A DNA stretch of 64,000 bases from Paraphysomonas bandaiensis (taxonomy: Eukaryota > Protista > Chrysophyceae), in the NCBI GenBank assembly GCA_965644295.1, contig CBFFRP010000372.1:57751-121750 (forward strand), read 5' to 3'. Position 1 is the stretch's first letter. Every line of letters begins with the position of its first letter. The notes beneath the pieces are model-generated. The model did no database searches. It was given only the letters and a program-made list of their open reading frames with translations, and was not told the DNA's origin. The position numbers and the translations under genes are program-made. Shown here in pieces: positions 36,055 through 49,739 of the stretch.

Positions 36055-38350
36055 TTTCAACCATATGGACTAGTAGGTTCAATAATATCTACGAGATTAA
36101 TATAACCCTCAACAAAGTCGGACTCGCACCTTTTCGTAGTGCTCTGGGGGATAAGTACCGGAGAGATTCTCTCTGGGAAACTTATATAGGAAAGTCTGAT
36201 TATTACATGAGAACGGTTGTGTACAGAAACTAGTAGTTTATATCTATAGACTAACTACAGTAATAACTAGATTTGCTATATACTACTACTAGTGGCGGGC
36301 AACCGTCTCGGGACTGCTTGTGCATCGCTGCGAGCACCATGGTGCTACCGTCCCTTGTATTGAGGTTAGTCGGGGGGTCTACCTTTGGGCTATATGTGTC
36401 TGGCGGGCCTGTGCCATGGATTATGTGAGGGGTGGATGAGGCGAGATGTATATGAGAGTGTAAGTCGGTGGTGGAGATGGTGCTGGTTGTTGAGGTGGGG
36501 TTTCGGCCACAAGTAAGGAGGAGTTGTTTTCGGAGTGGTTGCGCTTGCCTCTGTCGGGTCTGGACTCTTGCATAGAGTGTAGTTCTTGGGGTGGATGTCG
36601 CCTGGAGTAGCTGGAGTATTTTTGGTGTTGGGTGAGTATCCTGGGACTGGCGTTGCTGTGAATGTGTCGTGACCGGGGTCGCCGGTGCCGTGTCTGCGTT
36701 GTGGTGTCTGAATCCCCAATTGCGAAGCATGCGGAGCCCTCCATCATATAGGGGGAGTAGGATAGAGGTGATGGATTTTTCGAGGGCGTGGAACTGATGT
36801 TCGAGCAGTGAGCTGGATATGTGGCGTCCGAATGCGTCGGCCAATTGTGTGGCAGTAATGTGGCCGGTCCAGTAGCGCTCAACCTGGGGGGTGGTTGGGT
36901 TCCATGCGGCTTTGGCTAGTTATGGCGGTGTAAAACCAGGGATGGGGGAGCGTGCGTGTGCGAAGTTTGTCAAACTTATTGTGGTGTGCTTGGTGGGCAT
37001 CTTCACGTATATGAATGATGTCAGGGTGAGTGCAGGTGAGAAGCATGTGCGCCACGTTGTCTGTGGGGTGTGCACAATCTGTGCATGTGGAAGCTGTTGT
37101 GCGATCATGTCCGGATTTTCCTTTGGCTCGGTTTCTTCCCATTGCGAAGGATTTGTCCCATACGTATACGCTCTGCAAGGGAGATGTAGTGTTTGGAGGA
37201 GTTATGGGTACGGAGGGGATGGAGCTTGTGTGGGAGCCTTGTTCCGCTGCGTGTCTCGCTGCGTTTGTGCAGCATATACATGATATCTCGTCGGAGGGTG
37301 TATTGATGGAGGTCCCACTGGTGGTGGAGATCTGTGACGTCTCCTAGCATGGGACGAAGGTCTGTGAAGAGGTGTGTATCGTATCTTCGCCAGTGCCATT
37401 GACCCGTGGTGAAGATTTCATCCAGTATGTGCGTAGCGTCAGTTGTGACAACACTGTAGTTAGAGGCTCTGAGAACTCTGTCTAGTGTCTTCCAATCGCC
37501 GCTAGCGGCAGCGTCAGCTATATAAATACCGTGGTCAGTGTAGGTCCAGTTGCTTTGATCTTATGTTCTACGTTCGGGGTGCGAGCGCGTCCATTTAATT
37601 GGGCGCTGTTTAAGAGCTGTGGTGGAGAGGCATTCGTAAAATATTCCCTGGGGCTTTGTTCCGAGGGCGCGCCGTCTGTGTGAGAGGGCCTCTTTGGTCC
37701 GCGTCTGTACCGCCTGACAAGCAGTCCAGATTGGCACGGAAGGGTGGAGTACAGTGGAGAATGTCAGTGCTGCTGACATTTCGTAGGTGTATGCGTTGAG
37801 GTCAGGCGTGGTGAGCTGTGGTGCCGTGAGTTGTAGGATTTTGGTTTGTCTGTGACCCCAGTTGTTCTTGGGCGGGAGCCATACAATTGCAGCTCCTCCG
37901 TCTGGGAAACTAACGTAAGCCGCAAACATAGTCAGCAGATATTCTTCTGCCCACTCATAGCCGAATGCTTGTGTGGTACAAGGGACACCAATAAGTGTCA
38001 CTTGTGTAGACGTCTTCGGGCCCTGACGAATAAACAGGTATCCGGGAATGGGCCCACCTCAAGGGCATCCGGGACAGGGCCCACCTGAAGGGTAACCGGG
38101 GTATTGGGTATTGGGCTGCCTGCTGAAGTCAAGCATCCGGGGTGTTCACCTTAAGAACTCAGAGCGGAAGTGGTCGCACCTTGGTTCTTGCGGCGACGCA
38201 CAAGCAGCTTCTGTAGCGTTAAATAGTAGGATAAAAAAGTGTACTGATTAGTTACAAGTAGAGGTCTAACTAGTGTGTCTAACATTCATCTAGCTACTAA
38301 GTTGGTGCAGGTTTCTAACGCCTCTATTGCTAATAATAAGACTTTCAATA
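36055..38350 (-). mobile_element. Short non-autonomous copia derivative (LTR 38221-38350, RT stub, PPT), interrupted by a LINE
   Basis: 36106-36182 plus 37912-38137 align with the contiguous 58976-59227. The LTR-like end is similar to 1224-1364. Confidence 0.75.
36183..37900 (-). mobile_element. 5'-truncated, decayed non-LTR retrotransposon (RNase H and C-terminal Zn-knuckle)
   Basis: KWTRSH...GIYIADAAA (RNase H) and CTDC...VAHMLLTC (CCHC), with stops and frameshifts. Flanked by TSD TCTGGGAAACT at 36172-36182 and 37901-37911. Confidence 0.85.
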
Positions 38351-38446
38351 TTTATAGATTAATATAAGACTATATTTTCCTGGTGGTGATATGAATGTTC
38401 ATTAAACTACAACAGGTCAATATACATATGTGTCATTACTATTTAT

Positions 38447-41131
38447 TTAGTTCACAAGCCTTTCTACCGCCTGCTGAATGTCTTCCGAGTTAAGAAAGGT
38501 CAAAGTTTGTCCTAATGGATTGTATGTTGGCTGGGCACCGACTACTTCCCATGAGGAAGGCAGCAGTCCGTCACTTTTCAAGTTTACAACAAATCCTCCA
38601 AACACCATGCCTGCCCCTGTCTTGCACACATCAGCAAATACCACATGCTTAAATCCTCGTCCTTCTTGCTTGCCCGCAGAGAGAATAGTCTGTAGTGCAG
38701 CAGGTGGGTGGCTTAAATAGGGGCAATCTACCACTGCAATGTCTGCTGCTGTCAGTATATTGCTATCAATTATGCGACGCATGGCCTGAAGTGCGCTCGG
38801 CAGCCCATTACCATAACTCACAATAAGAACTTCCCCATCTCCAGCATCCTTTCCATCCTCTCCCCGAAACAGGGTCCCACCTTGCTCCGCCCAATCTCCA
38901 CGATACACAACTACGTCCTCAAATGTCATCTCCAAATCCCCGTTCTTTTCACCTTTCTGAGCTTCAGGATAAACTGTAAGCCAAGCGTCGTCCCTGACAC
39001 CAGAGGAGTCACTCTCAGTCCCAAGATGGCGCCTGTTGAGCAGATCTGTGCTGTCCATAAACATGACAATGCGTCCAGACAGTGCAGCTTGGCGAAGAGC
39101 ATATCGCATCCCTCGTACGTAATCAGCGCCATTACTGAAACATACAACGTCCACACCAGGAGGAGTATGGATCAGATTATGAGTGTGAAAATTACCCCCG
39201 AATTTCCCCCTATCAAATCCCTGCACTCGAATAATCATGCCATTGCGCTGCTTGCCATTCGTCAGCCAATGGGTGATAGCGATCTCGTAGAACATATCTG
39301 CACCGCAATCAAGGTACTTTGCGTAAGGAATCTCAACAATGGGTACCAGCCCCGCTTGGCTGAACCCATGGCCGGCCCCAAGTAGTGTCGTTTCATCAGG
39401 TGGAAAACTACAATTTAGTGAGTTACTCGAACAAGAATAATCAGCACAGCAACTCACTCATGCACTCTCGCGGGGTACTTGGAGTAGAGTCCGTCTGTGA
39501 CAAGGTAGTACCTGTACAGAAAAAATAACATAAAACAATCGTACAAGTGTAACAACAGAAACGTACCCTCCGTGTCGCACGTCCTCGCCCACGTAAACCA
39601 CTCTATCTGCAGCCGCTGTCTTTCCGTCAAGCGCCTCGTCGAAAATACGAGTCATGTGCTTCCGCATTGAGTCAACTTTACCCGTGCCACCTCTACCTTT
39701 CACTCCTGCCACAAAAATTATATAAGGCACATATATGGACGAAAATAGACCTATTCCCGAGTAATTGGAGTGCGGATACGCATAAGAGTAAGGAGCAACT
39801 GGGGGTGAGTTTGATGCCACTAGACTAGTTCTGTCCGTAATCTTTGGCTCATTGACAGCCTCATCAAAGGCCTTCTCAGTGCATTCCCAGATGTACTTAA
39901 ATCGCTCAGCCAAAGCATCCTTTCCACCCTCATATATCCCTAATTCTTTGGCTATGGCGGTTGCGTTGAAAAGATGGTTAGTGCAAGCTGCCTCCTGTAT
40001 CTCGGAGGCGGCCATATACGCAAACTGACGGTCAGTAGCAGCATGTCCAAATCTGCGGCGAAGATTTTTCACGAGAAGTAAAACAGGCCGACCTATGCTT
40101 CGCGCGTAATTTATTGCTTCTCGCGACTTCATGTACAAGTCAGATACTTTGGAACCATCGGCAGTTAGGCGGCGCATGTTTAACCTGGATACGGAGCCAC
40201 TGTTGATCCATCCTTGGTCCCGCAGAGAAATGCACATGCCATTGTCTGACACCAAAAATACAATCGGGCACTGAAGTAGAGACCAGAATCACACAGCTTT
40301 TTGTAGTACAACTAATATACAACGCACCTTCTTCTTGTGATACTGTGAATACTCAGCGAGGTTAAGTGCAGATAAGAAATGAGCGTTGTTCACAGACCCT
40401 TCCCCAACAGATACAAGTGATACAGCATCTTGTGGGAAGGTTGGTTCCAAGGGGGTACACTTATTCTTCTGTTCCGGATTTGTCTCAAGCATACGCGAAT
40501 AGTTCCGCAGTCGGCTTGTGAGAGGGATAGCGAGTGCGCGACCCACAGCCGGAGGAGCCTGTGAGGCAAGCGTGGAAGTAACAATGAAATCATAGGGAGT
40601 ACCACCAATAGCACAGTGACGGCCTCCAGTCACAGGGTCGTTGGTGGAGCAAGTGAATCCACGCGCACGATCCTTTATAATATCTTCAATACTTCTTCCT
40701 AGTTTCAACTGACGTAAAACACTCATCGCAACATGACGATAGTGCAACGCAGTAGGATCTGTCTCTCGCAAATGCAACCCTACAAGACCAAGCAGTTCCT
40801 CACCACAAGGACCAATTGTATAGAATCCCTGTCCCACACTAGATGCAACACGAGACTCCACATGCAACAAAAATGTAATCAATCCAGCATCTATGACCAT
40901 CTTCATCTCATCGAATGACATGCCTGACTCAAGGAACTGCTTGACATCCGATTCATTGCAAGGAGTGGTGTCATTGCATAGATGGGAGTAGAACTCATCT
41001 CGTTGTTTGACTTCGACGATATTCGCAATATCTGATTGGTTGATCTGTCGAATATGAGGGAGATCAATGTATGGACGAGATGAGAGACCACGAAAGAGTC
41101 TTGCACAAGAAGAAAAGCGAAATCTTTTCAT
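38447..41131 (-). CDS. Fused alpha/beta 2-oxoacid dehydrogenase E1 (TPP-dependent), likely mitochondrial
   Basis: Arg/Ser-rich presequence, FYTIGPCGEE, GEGS...DNG TPP motif, FGHAATD, GEDV..GGY, DETTLLG, EIPYAKYLDCG and GGNFHTHN. Short introns. Confidence 0.88.
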
Positions 41132-41246
41132 TTTGAGGGATGTTTGTATTGTGTTTGGAACGTGGCATGAACATAACTGCAAGAACAATTGATTGACACC
41201 TCTGTTACCACATACTCACAAACCATACCTACACGGACATACACGG

Positions 41247-41463
41247 ACATACGTACATACATACATACATACATACATACATACATACATACATACATAC
41301 ATACATACATACATACGTACATACATACATACATACATACATACATACATACATACATACATACATACATAATACATACATACATACATACATACATACA
41401 TACATACATACATACATACATACATACATACATACATACATACATACATACATACATACATAC
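41247..41463. repeat. (TACA)n microsatellite
   Basis: Directly visible tetranucleotide array. Confidence 0.98.
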
Positions 41464-41533
41464 GTGGTACTTAACTGTCCTGATATATTAAGATAGGGTA
41501 TAGGAAAGCTGCTAGTTGTTGTATCAAAAGAAG

Positions 41534-41919
41534 ATGTACTCTGGTAGCTCTGGACCGCCTAACTCTAGTTTTAGCGTTGCAAGAATAGCTATGATTGTTG
41601 TCTGCAGTTTGTTCGTTGTGTTATTTCTGAACAACGTTCTCACGAAGGACTACAACACTGAAACTAAATCCTACTTGACAAAAATAGGTCGCGAAGATAT
41701 GATCCCAAAAACAACAGCTGTGAGTTGTAATTGTATTGTTCTTTCTGTTTTCTATTCGCTTATCGTGTCTGGCTGCAGGATTATATGAATGATGTGAAGA
41801 AAAGGAGGGAAACTTTTGATGATTTGATGGCGAATGTAACGTCACTTCAAGAAGAAGTAACTAAACTAAAGGCTGAAGTGCAGATGCTTCGAAAGGATGT
41901 TAATACAAAGGAAGTATGA
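41534..41919 (+). CDS. Small single-pass membrane protein with C-terminal coiled coil, 2 exons
   Basis: Hydrophobic IAMIVVCSLFVVLFL. Intron ~41720-41778. Heptads LMANVTSLQEEVTKLKAEVQML. Confidence 0.7.
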
Positions 41920-43488
41920 ATCAAGCATTGATTTTTTCTTGAAGCAACTATTAATGTCCCTAGCTCGTTTCTGTTGTACAGTATATCATTATTTTAACGC
42001 CAACGTAGTTACGTATAAATCTAATAATTTTATATTCAACGTACTACACTTGCAGATTAGCACACATTTATGAAGGTTTGTACCGATGGTACAGAGTAAG
42101 TTTCTCAGCCATGCGTTGTGCTATGCGTGAAAGAAAAGTTAACTCGCTGTCTGGTATATCTTTGCGTGGAAGAAGAGAATTGTTTTAAAAGTTGTGCTGA
42201 CCTCCACTTTTGTTGGCGTTCACATTGACTTGCTACAGAAGAAGGATTCTAAAAGACACTGATTTGGTGCGTAAAGGCCGTTAGTAGTGAAGATTAAATG
42301 TTTAGAATTTAGAACATAAAAAACTGTGGCGGTAAATATTAGGTAATTTTATTAAGAGTAAGCAATGTACAATGCAGAGGAACTATGCATAAATCATTTG
42401 GATAGTACAAGGAAAACTAATCAGTACTTGCACTAGAAAACATCATCAGGCTAGTTGACTAGTTGTCTATTGTCTAGCTCCGTATTTGCATGATGAAGAA
42501 TAAAAGTTTTAAAGTATATTCTATCAATTTCTGAAATCATTGAAACCTAATATTAGATAAATAGCGTACCAAAAGCACTGTAGATATAATGTAGATATGA
42601 CTCTTTTTATTTGCTAAGGACCAAAGAAATTATATTGACATACGTGAATGTAGTATTTGCAAACACACATCGAAATATTTGGCGCACACTGAATCAATTC
42701 ATCGTGCTATGTTGAGTTATGAATCGTTGGTTCCTTCGTTGGGTTATGATGGAAGTGTGACACCACTTCCACATCGAACTAACTAGAATCTTTGCTACGA
42801 GTAATAGATTGCGATCATGTCTTGAATAAACCAGGAGTTTCTTTTGGGGTTTCTACGAGGGGGCTTGGCACTACCCTGCTCGCTATCCTCAACACTTTTG
42901 GCGAATTATATTTCAGGTATCCGCTAAACTCTATCCTCTTTCTTTACTTTCATTCGTTCGCTCACTCCTTGTAGACAGTCATGGTTACTTTAAAGTGCCA
43001 GTCAGCGGACTTGCACTGTTCGATGGAACCAGCGAGTATTCATTTTCCAGAAACACAAGCAAGTGCCAAGTAATCTTAAAATAGACTTACGACACACAAC
43101 ATAATCAGCAAACACTATGCACAACACACACACTACTTTCCAACTTCAATGTGCCAGCCATGCAACCATATGGAAAGAGTTACCCAAAAACCCCAACTTC
43201 TAAAACAAACACTATATAAACACAGGATTTTCCAATACATTTGGGTTTTCATGTACGTAGTACATGTACTGTATATGATTCCGAGCCCTTGTCACCCATG
43301 TGTATAGAACACAAAGCAGAACATCTTACATTCGATATTCTAGATTCATCCAGATTCTACAACGAAGTAGAAGTATATCCCTCGTCCAATAACACACAAG
43401 CAGGTCAGTATCAGACAGGCTCTGTGACAGCTATACACCCCGCATACTCTTTCAAGGCACATCAACTTGTTCATAATCTCCATATCAG

Positions 43489-45485
43489 ATGAATATCCTC
43501 AAATACATCCCCTGGGGGGTCGTAGATCAATGTGTCGATCAAGTTCTGACTTGCAGACTCACCACACTATGTGTACAAGGGATCTCTAGGGGATTAACTG
43601 CTATTGGAGTGCCTGAAAATCACACACCAGATGCTGAGCAGATCCTGTTATCCTTCACCGCTATTGTTGTCACACTATTCAGCTACTGGTACTGGCTGGG
43701 ACGGAAGCATCTGAGGAATAGGAAGGAGCTGGAGGTGAAGCTAAACAAGGTATGAAAAGATAAGGACAGGGCGAGTTTGTTACCACAGTTGGTGTTATAT
43801 GTACTATTGTTGTTACCATTAATATATTCATTGGGATTTCTATATGTTTAACCATCGTATCTATAGGCACAACAAATTGTCAGAGATCTAGAGGAAAAAC
43901 TGCTATCTTTAGAGTCATCTGATCTTCACACCATAAATGAGGGGAAGGAAATTAGAATATGGATGGATGGAGCTTTTGATATGATGCACTACGGCCATAT
44001 GAACGCCTTCAGAAAGGGTAGGGCACTCGGTACCAAGTTAATTGTAGGGGTAAATAGCGACGAGACTATCACTCAATGCAAGGGCTCTCCGGTAATGAAT
44101 GACGAGGAGCGTTTGCAGTGCGTGAAAGGGTGCAAATTTGTTGACGAAGTTGTATCGGGTGTGCCGTACATCATGAATGATGAGTATTTGCAATGGGTTA
44201 TCAAGGAATATAACATCGATTATGTTGTCCACGGGGATGATCCTTGCATTGTTGATGGAAAGGATGTATACGAGAGTGCACAGAAAATGGGTATGTAAAT
44301 TTGCATTCGTTGCATCGGAAATCTTACCCCGCTTACATTAAAGGAAAGTATCTGACGATACCACGCACAGAAGGCATTTCCACAACCGACATTGTTGGAC
44401 GCATGCTGTTGATGACGCGGTCCCACCACTCTTCCTCATTCAGGTACCATCAGCACATATGTGTAATAACTTCTCATATTCCTTGTAGTGAGAATTTGGA
44501 TGATGAGGAAGACGTTACCAAACAATTGGCGATTCGAAATGCTGATGCGGAAAGCGATCTTACACCTGGGTTCGACCGGAAATCTGACTTCCTTACCACC
44601 TCCCATATTATACGTTTATTCGGAGCTGGAGTGAAGGCACCAGGGTCCAATGCCCGGGTTGTCTATGTAGCCGGTTCTTGGGATATGTTCCATTCTGGGC
44701 ATGTAGCCCTGTTGGAGAAGGCCAGAAAGTGAGTATACGTGACCTGTTTTGTATTGGTTGTGATAGTATACAGGTATGGCGATTACGTTATTGCCGGAGT
44801 TCACAGCGATGCTGTGGTGAATAGCCACCGAGGTCTCAACTACCCTCTTATGAACATGCATGAGCGTTCCCTCTCTGTCTTGGGATGTAAATACGTAGAC
44901 GATGTCCTACTAGATGCGCCTTATGTAATCACTAAGATGATGGTGGCAAGTCTGCGCATTGTAGCAGTAGTTCGTGGAACGGTGCAACCGGAGGTATGTA
45001 TTCCTTGTATAATGACTATTTGTTGATCAGTAAAACGATCTCACTATTTTACAGGGAGAAAGGTGGGACCCTGTTGATGCTGAGTATCGTACCTCTGATA
45101 CAAATCTTACTCCACCTGTTTATCCCTTCGAGAGAGACCCTTACGCACTACCCAGAGATATGGGCATACTTCATGTGGTCCCCTCTTCCAATGATCTAAC
45201 TGCCCCCGTTATAGTTGATCGAATTCATGCCCAAAGGGAGCGGTACATGGAAAAGTAAGCAATATGCACTTCTTAGAAGATGTATAACAGCTGCGTTATT
45301 GCAGGTTTTCAAGAAAAAAAGTGCAAGAAGATCAGTACTACGACAACCTGTACGGTGAAACTGGGAAGAGTAGCGAGGCCGTGAGTGGTGGTACTGTACT
45401 GGACAAACAAAGAGGCGGAAAGCTTTCTGGCGCAGCAGCGACTGCAGCAGCTGCTGTTGGTATGAGTTATAAGAAGAGCCAGTAG
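43489..45485 (+). CDS. PCYT2: Ethanolamine-phosphate cytidylyltransferase (two CT domains, N-terminal TM)
   Basis: DGAFDMMHYGH, VVHGDD, RTEGISTTDIVGRML, GSWDMFHSGH and PLMNMHERSLSVLGCKYVD. Confidence 0.92.
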
Positions 45486-46577
45486 ATTGTGTTGCTTCAA
45501 TGATATTGGTGAATATTATCGTTGTAGAGTTATTCAAACCAGCGTGTATCTGTTATGTATAGGATTTGGTATGTAGTAATATTGATGTTCTAACTGGAGT
45601 TTTCCTATTGGCTGTTAAACATCAACTTAATGTAAACACAGTATTATCAACTTGGTAATGCAGAGTTGCCATTGCCAGGAAGTATAAAGCACTTGCAACC
45701 TTGTCATGAAATGATCCATTACATCTTGGCCGATAATTCTGAAATATGTGCTTCGTTAACTGAAAAATATCATCAGGCAATCATCATGACTGACTACGAC
45801 GTACACCGAGATCAATATAAGTACACTAGAAAAAAATTAACAAATTAAATTTCTGTTCCTGACTCTACTCTCTACTGTATCTAGTGCAGACATATTTTAA
45901 GCGGTGTCATTGTTAAGCCGACTAACTTTTCCAGATGTTTCTACTGAACTGAAAAAGGAAGTTGAGCAGCCTATTAATAAAATATTATGGTCGTTACTAT
46001 TTTAAAATTCCATTTTAACCTACTAAGCAAAATTAAGATTGCTTTTATTTTTTAACCACTATTTTTAAAACCTCCGATAGCTCTATAATCTAAGTGATAA
46101 TTTTCCATGGTGTCTTACCTCGACGTCGCAGTTGATACAGCAAGAATATTTAAAAACCACAATCGATACCAAGATCACCCTCGTACCTCCCTCTACCATG
46201 GTATGACCAAAGCGTCAGTTGAGAGTCATGATATCGAAAACCTAAAGAATCCAATACATCATATTCTGACCGCATTTATTCGGACGCATGTCCTACGGTC
46301 TACGGCTGACCACCATAGTGCAGTCACCCCATCAAGAAGCGGGCAATGGGATCGATGTACACATCAGCGCAGTATGCAGCCCGGATAAGCTTACAGTGTA
46401 TAACCGCAAGACTCCACTTCAGATTCGAAAATGTTCTCGGTACTCTCCCTAATTCAACTACTCTCCAAAGTAGGAGTATGGATGTCGACCTCTTGGCTCT
46501 CTGATTGGCGCTCTACTAGTAGTTTTTCGCTCCGTCCACATTAGATCCATACGTACATACACGTACATATACACATG

Positions 46578-47150
46578 ATACATACATACATACATACATA
46601 CATACATACATACATACATACATACATACATACATACATACATACATACATACATACATACATACATACATACATACATACATACATACATACATACATA
46701 CATACATACATACATACATACATACATACATACATACATACATACATACATACATACATACATACATACATACATACATACATACATACATACATACATA
46801 CATACATACATACATACATACATACATACATACATACATACATACATACATACATACATACATACATACATACATACATACATACATACATACATACATA
46901 CATACATACATACATACATACATACATACATACATACATACATACATACATACATACATACATACATACATACATACATACATACATACATACATACATA
47001 CATACATACATACATACATACATACATACATACATACATACATACATACATACATACATACATACATACATACATACATACATACATACATACATACATA
47101 CATACATACATACATACATACATACATACATACATACATACATACATACA
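46578..47150. repeat. (TACA)n microsatellite, ~570 bp
   Basis: Directly visible uninterrupted array. Confidence 0.98.
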
Positions 47151-47239
47151 TCATCTGTGACGGTCTCTTTGTGGTACTATAATTATAGTTGTCTCCTCTG
47201 CACTCGACAACTATTACCCCTTCACCCCACATCATACCT

Positions 47240-48833
47240 ATGATTAAACTACTATCTCTCGCTCTCACAGCAACCACTGTATTATCTCTACGAGATCTCC
47301 CGGAGAGAGCTCGAGGGGGCATTGCATGGAAAAAACATTCCCTTCAGAACGCTATTGAACTAAAAAATTCCCAGCCGTTATACTGGAATTCAAAGGTGGA
47401 TCATTTTTCCAACTCAACTGATACATTCGTACAGAGGTATTATGTGGATAACCAGTACTGGGATGGTAAGGGCCCTGTTTTTTTTGAGATTGGTGGAGAG
47501 GGGACGTTAACAGGCCCCCCCGGGGGATATATGGCCACTCTAGCCAAGAAATACTCTGCACTTCTTGTTGCATTAGAACACAGGTGAATGGATGTTATTT
47601 TTTATGGGGAGGAGTTGAACTTGTTGTAGATTCTATGGTGAATCCATCCCCAATGGAAACTCGGAGACCTCCAACCTGAAGTACCTTGCTGTCGATCAGG
47701 CTCTTGCCGACCTGGCGTCTTTCATCGACTACTACAAGGTTTGTCTGATATCCCGTAATGTGGATGTACTTTAAAAAATCGTTAGGTTGAAGGTAAGACT
47801 GGAGACTCGCTGTGGTTCGTCTTCGGCGGCTCCTACCCTGGAGCATTGGCCTCGTGGTTCCGTCACTCTTATCCTGACCACTCTGTGGGGTCTCTTTCCT
47901 CATCGGGTGTGGTTAATTGCATTGTGGATTTCCCAGAGTTCGACATGCAGGTAACTGCAGCCATTGGAAATGAATGTGCGGACCAAATAAAGAGGATCCA
48001 AGGTGCCTTCGAGAGGACCATCGCCATGCCAGGTTAGCGTATTTTTATATTTGTCATTGAAATGCGTTATGCGTGCATTCGTAGGTGGATGGGATGCGGC
48101 GCTTGACATGTTCTATTGCGAGAAGGACATGTGGACTGAGGACTTCTACTACATGATCGCGGACAGCTGGTCTATGGCCGACCAGTACAGTTCCAAGTCC
48201 TCTTTATGTTCAGCCATTCTCTCTGTGGGCACCGACGCGGATGATGCAACCCTCACTAAGACATTCGCTGACTTTTCCAATTCCTACTGGGGAACCGATT
48301 TCTGCTCTGGTGGATTCTGTAAGTATATAGTTGTGTATGCGCTGTGTGCAATAATATTTTGCATTTTATTTGTAGACAACACTGAAGCTCTTGCTGACCC
48401 TGCCAGGTGGGACGTCAACTCTCGTTCTTGGCGTTGGCAGACTTGTTTTGAAGTTTCCTACTTCAATACTGCTCCTGCACAAGGATCTCTTCGTTCAAAG
48501 ACTGTGGACCTTGACTACCATCTAAAGCAATGTGCTTACATTTTCGGACAGAAGATGTTCCCTTCATCTGCCGCCATCAATAGGGAATACGGGGGTGCGT
48601 CTCCACTCGCCCACAATGTCTTCTATACCGACTTCGCTGATGATCCATGGCAGCGTGCTTCTGTTGATTACCCTGTGTCTTCTGATCAGCCTTATTCTCT
48701 GGCTATGTGCGACGACTGTGGACACTGTCTGGATCTGCACACACCCTCCGAATCCGACCCTCAGCAGCTCAAGGATACACGCGCTGAATTTGAGACTTAT
48801 CTCGCTAAGTGGCTGAATGAAGCTTCTGTCTAA
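47240..48833 (+). CDS. Secreted/lysosomal serine peptidase family S28
   Basis: Signal peptide, VDHF, QRYY, GGEG, LEHRFYG, QALADLA, FGGSYPG (nucleophile), WRWQTC, DDPW and HCLDL. Confidence 0.93.
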
Positions 48834-49469
48834 ATTATTTGGGGTTTATCTGAAAAGATTTCGTAGCTTTTTAGCTGTCGTAAGTCGTCATCAAGAAGCA
48901 TAGCGGATTGTTATCTCGAGTGATATTTCGTGGCCGTATTATAAATGCAGACCGCTAAATTCAAGCTGCGCTTATGTAACTTGTCAGCTATTTTCATTCG
49001 AATAATAATCTACTACTTATTTATTATCCCCATTTTTATTGAAAACGCTTTTTTTACCTGATTTAGTCTCTACAGTGCGCTCATATCAGCACCAGGCAAA
49101 TATAGACATTCCATGACGACATTCAACTTCAAAATTCGATTCAACAGAAGCTCACTTCTATCTTAATTATGATGATGACAGTTATATGTACGTGATTTCA
49201 TTATATTACACAATTGTAGAGAAACCACAATCATGAGTTAAATCGTTAGACACTTCAAGTTATATTCTACCCTTCGTCTAATGATGTGGAAGATCATAAT
49301 AGTGTCAGTGCAAGCGACCTATTTTCACAGCCAGGACAACAGCCGTTGGGGGCACAATAAGAAGAATAAACACGTACTTCTTATTACAGCAAGAAGCAAG
49401 CTACTGATATAGCTATACAATCTAATTTTAAGCTTTCAACAACATCTGATTCTGAGGATAAGCTACAAT

Positions 49470-49585
49470 TAAACCTAGGGATAAGGAGTATCTTCCCTTG
49501 TCTAAATCTTAAAACTCTGGCTTTTCGCCCTCGTTTCAAAATTTTGAGCGCGGGACGATATAGCCTCCTTATTGCCCGTGGTTAA
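49470..49585. mobile_element. Degenerate foldback/MITE with TTAA at both ends
   Basis: Imperfect inverted repeat (GGGATAAGGAG...TATATC.TCCC vs GGGACGATATAG..CTCCTTATT.CCC). Confidence 0.45.
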
Positions 49586-49739
49586 ATATTACTGTATTAT
49601 CATTAGAAGTAGAGTCTATTTAAACAACCACAGAGATCAAGGAACCTGCGAACTGCGAACAATCATGTACAAATGGAAATTCACAAACGATATAACTTTT
49701 CTGAATTATTACTAGTCACATATAAGGTTACATTATACT

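Noticed and set aside
37561-38001. 146-aa ORF as a gene
   Set aside because: Chance in-frame fusion of the copia RT stub and LINE RNase H across the TSD.
38037-38101. Short direct repeats as a CRISPR array
   Set aside because: Contiguous tandem units with no unique spacers, no cas genes, eukaryotic TE context.
42790-43170. Possible small minus-strand gene divergent from PCYT2
   Set aside because: No coherent spliced ORF or domain found.
46107-46388. ORF faintly resembling the copia post-integrase region
   Set aside because: Similarity is limited to a few residues (NPIH); not supportable.
46458-47322. Long MYVC/IHTY repeat ORFs (also 41128-41491)
   Set aside because: Translations of the stop-free (TACA)n microsatellite, not proteins.
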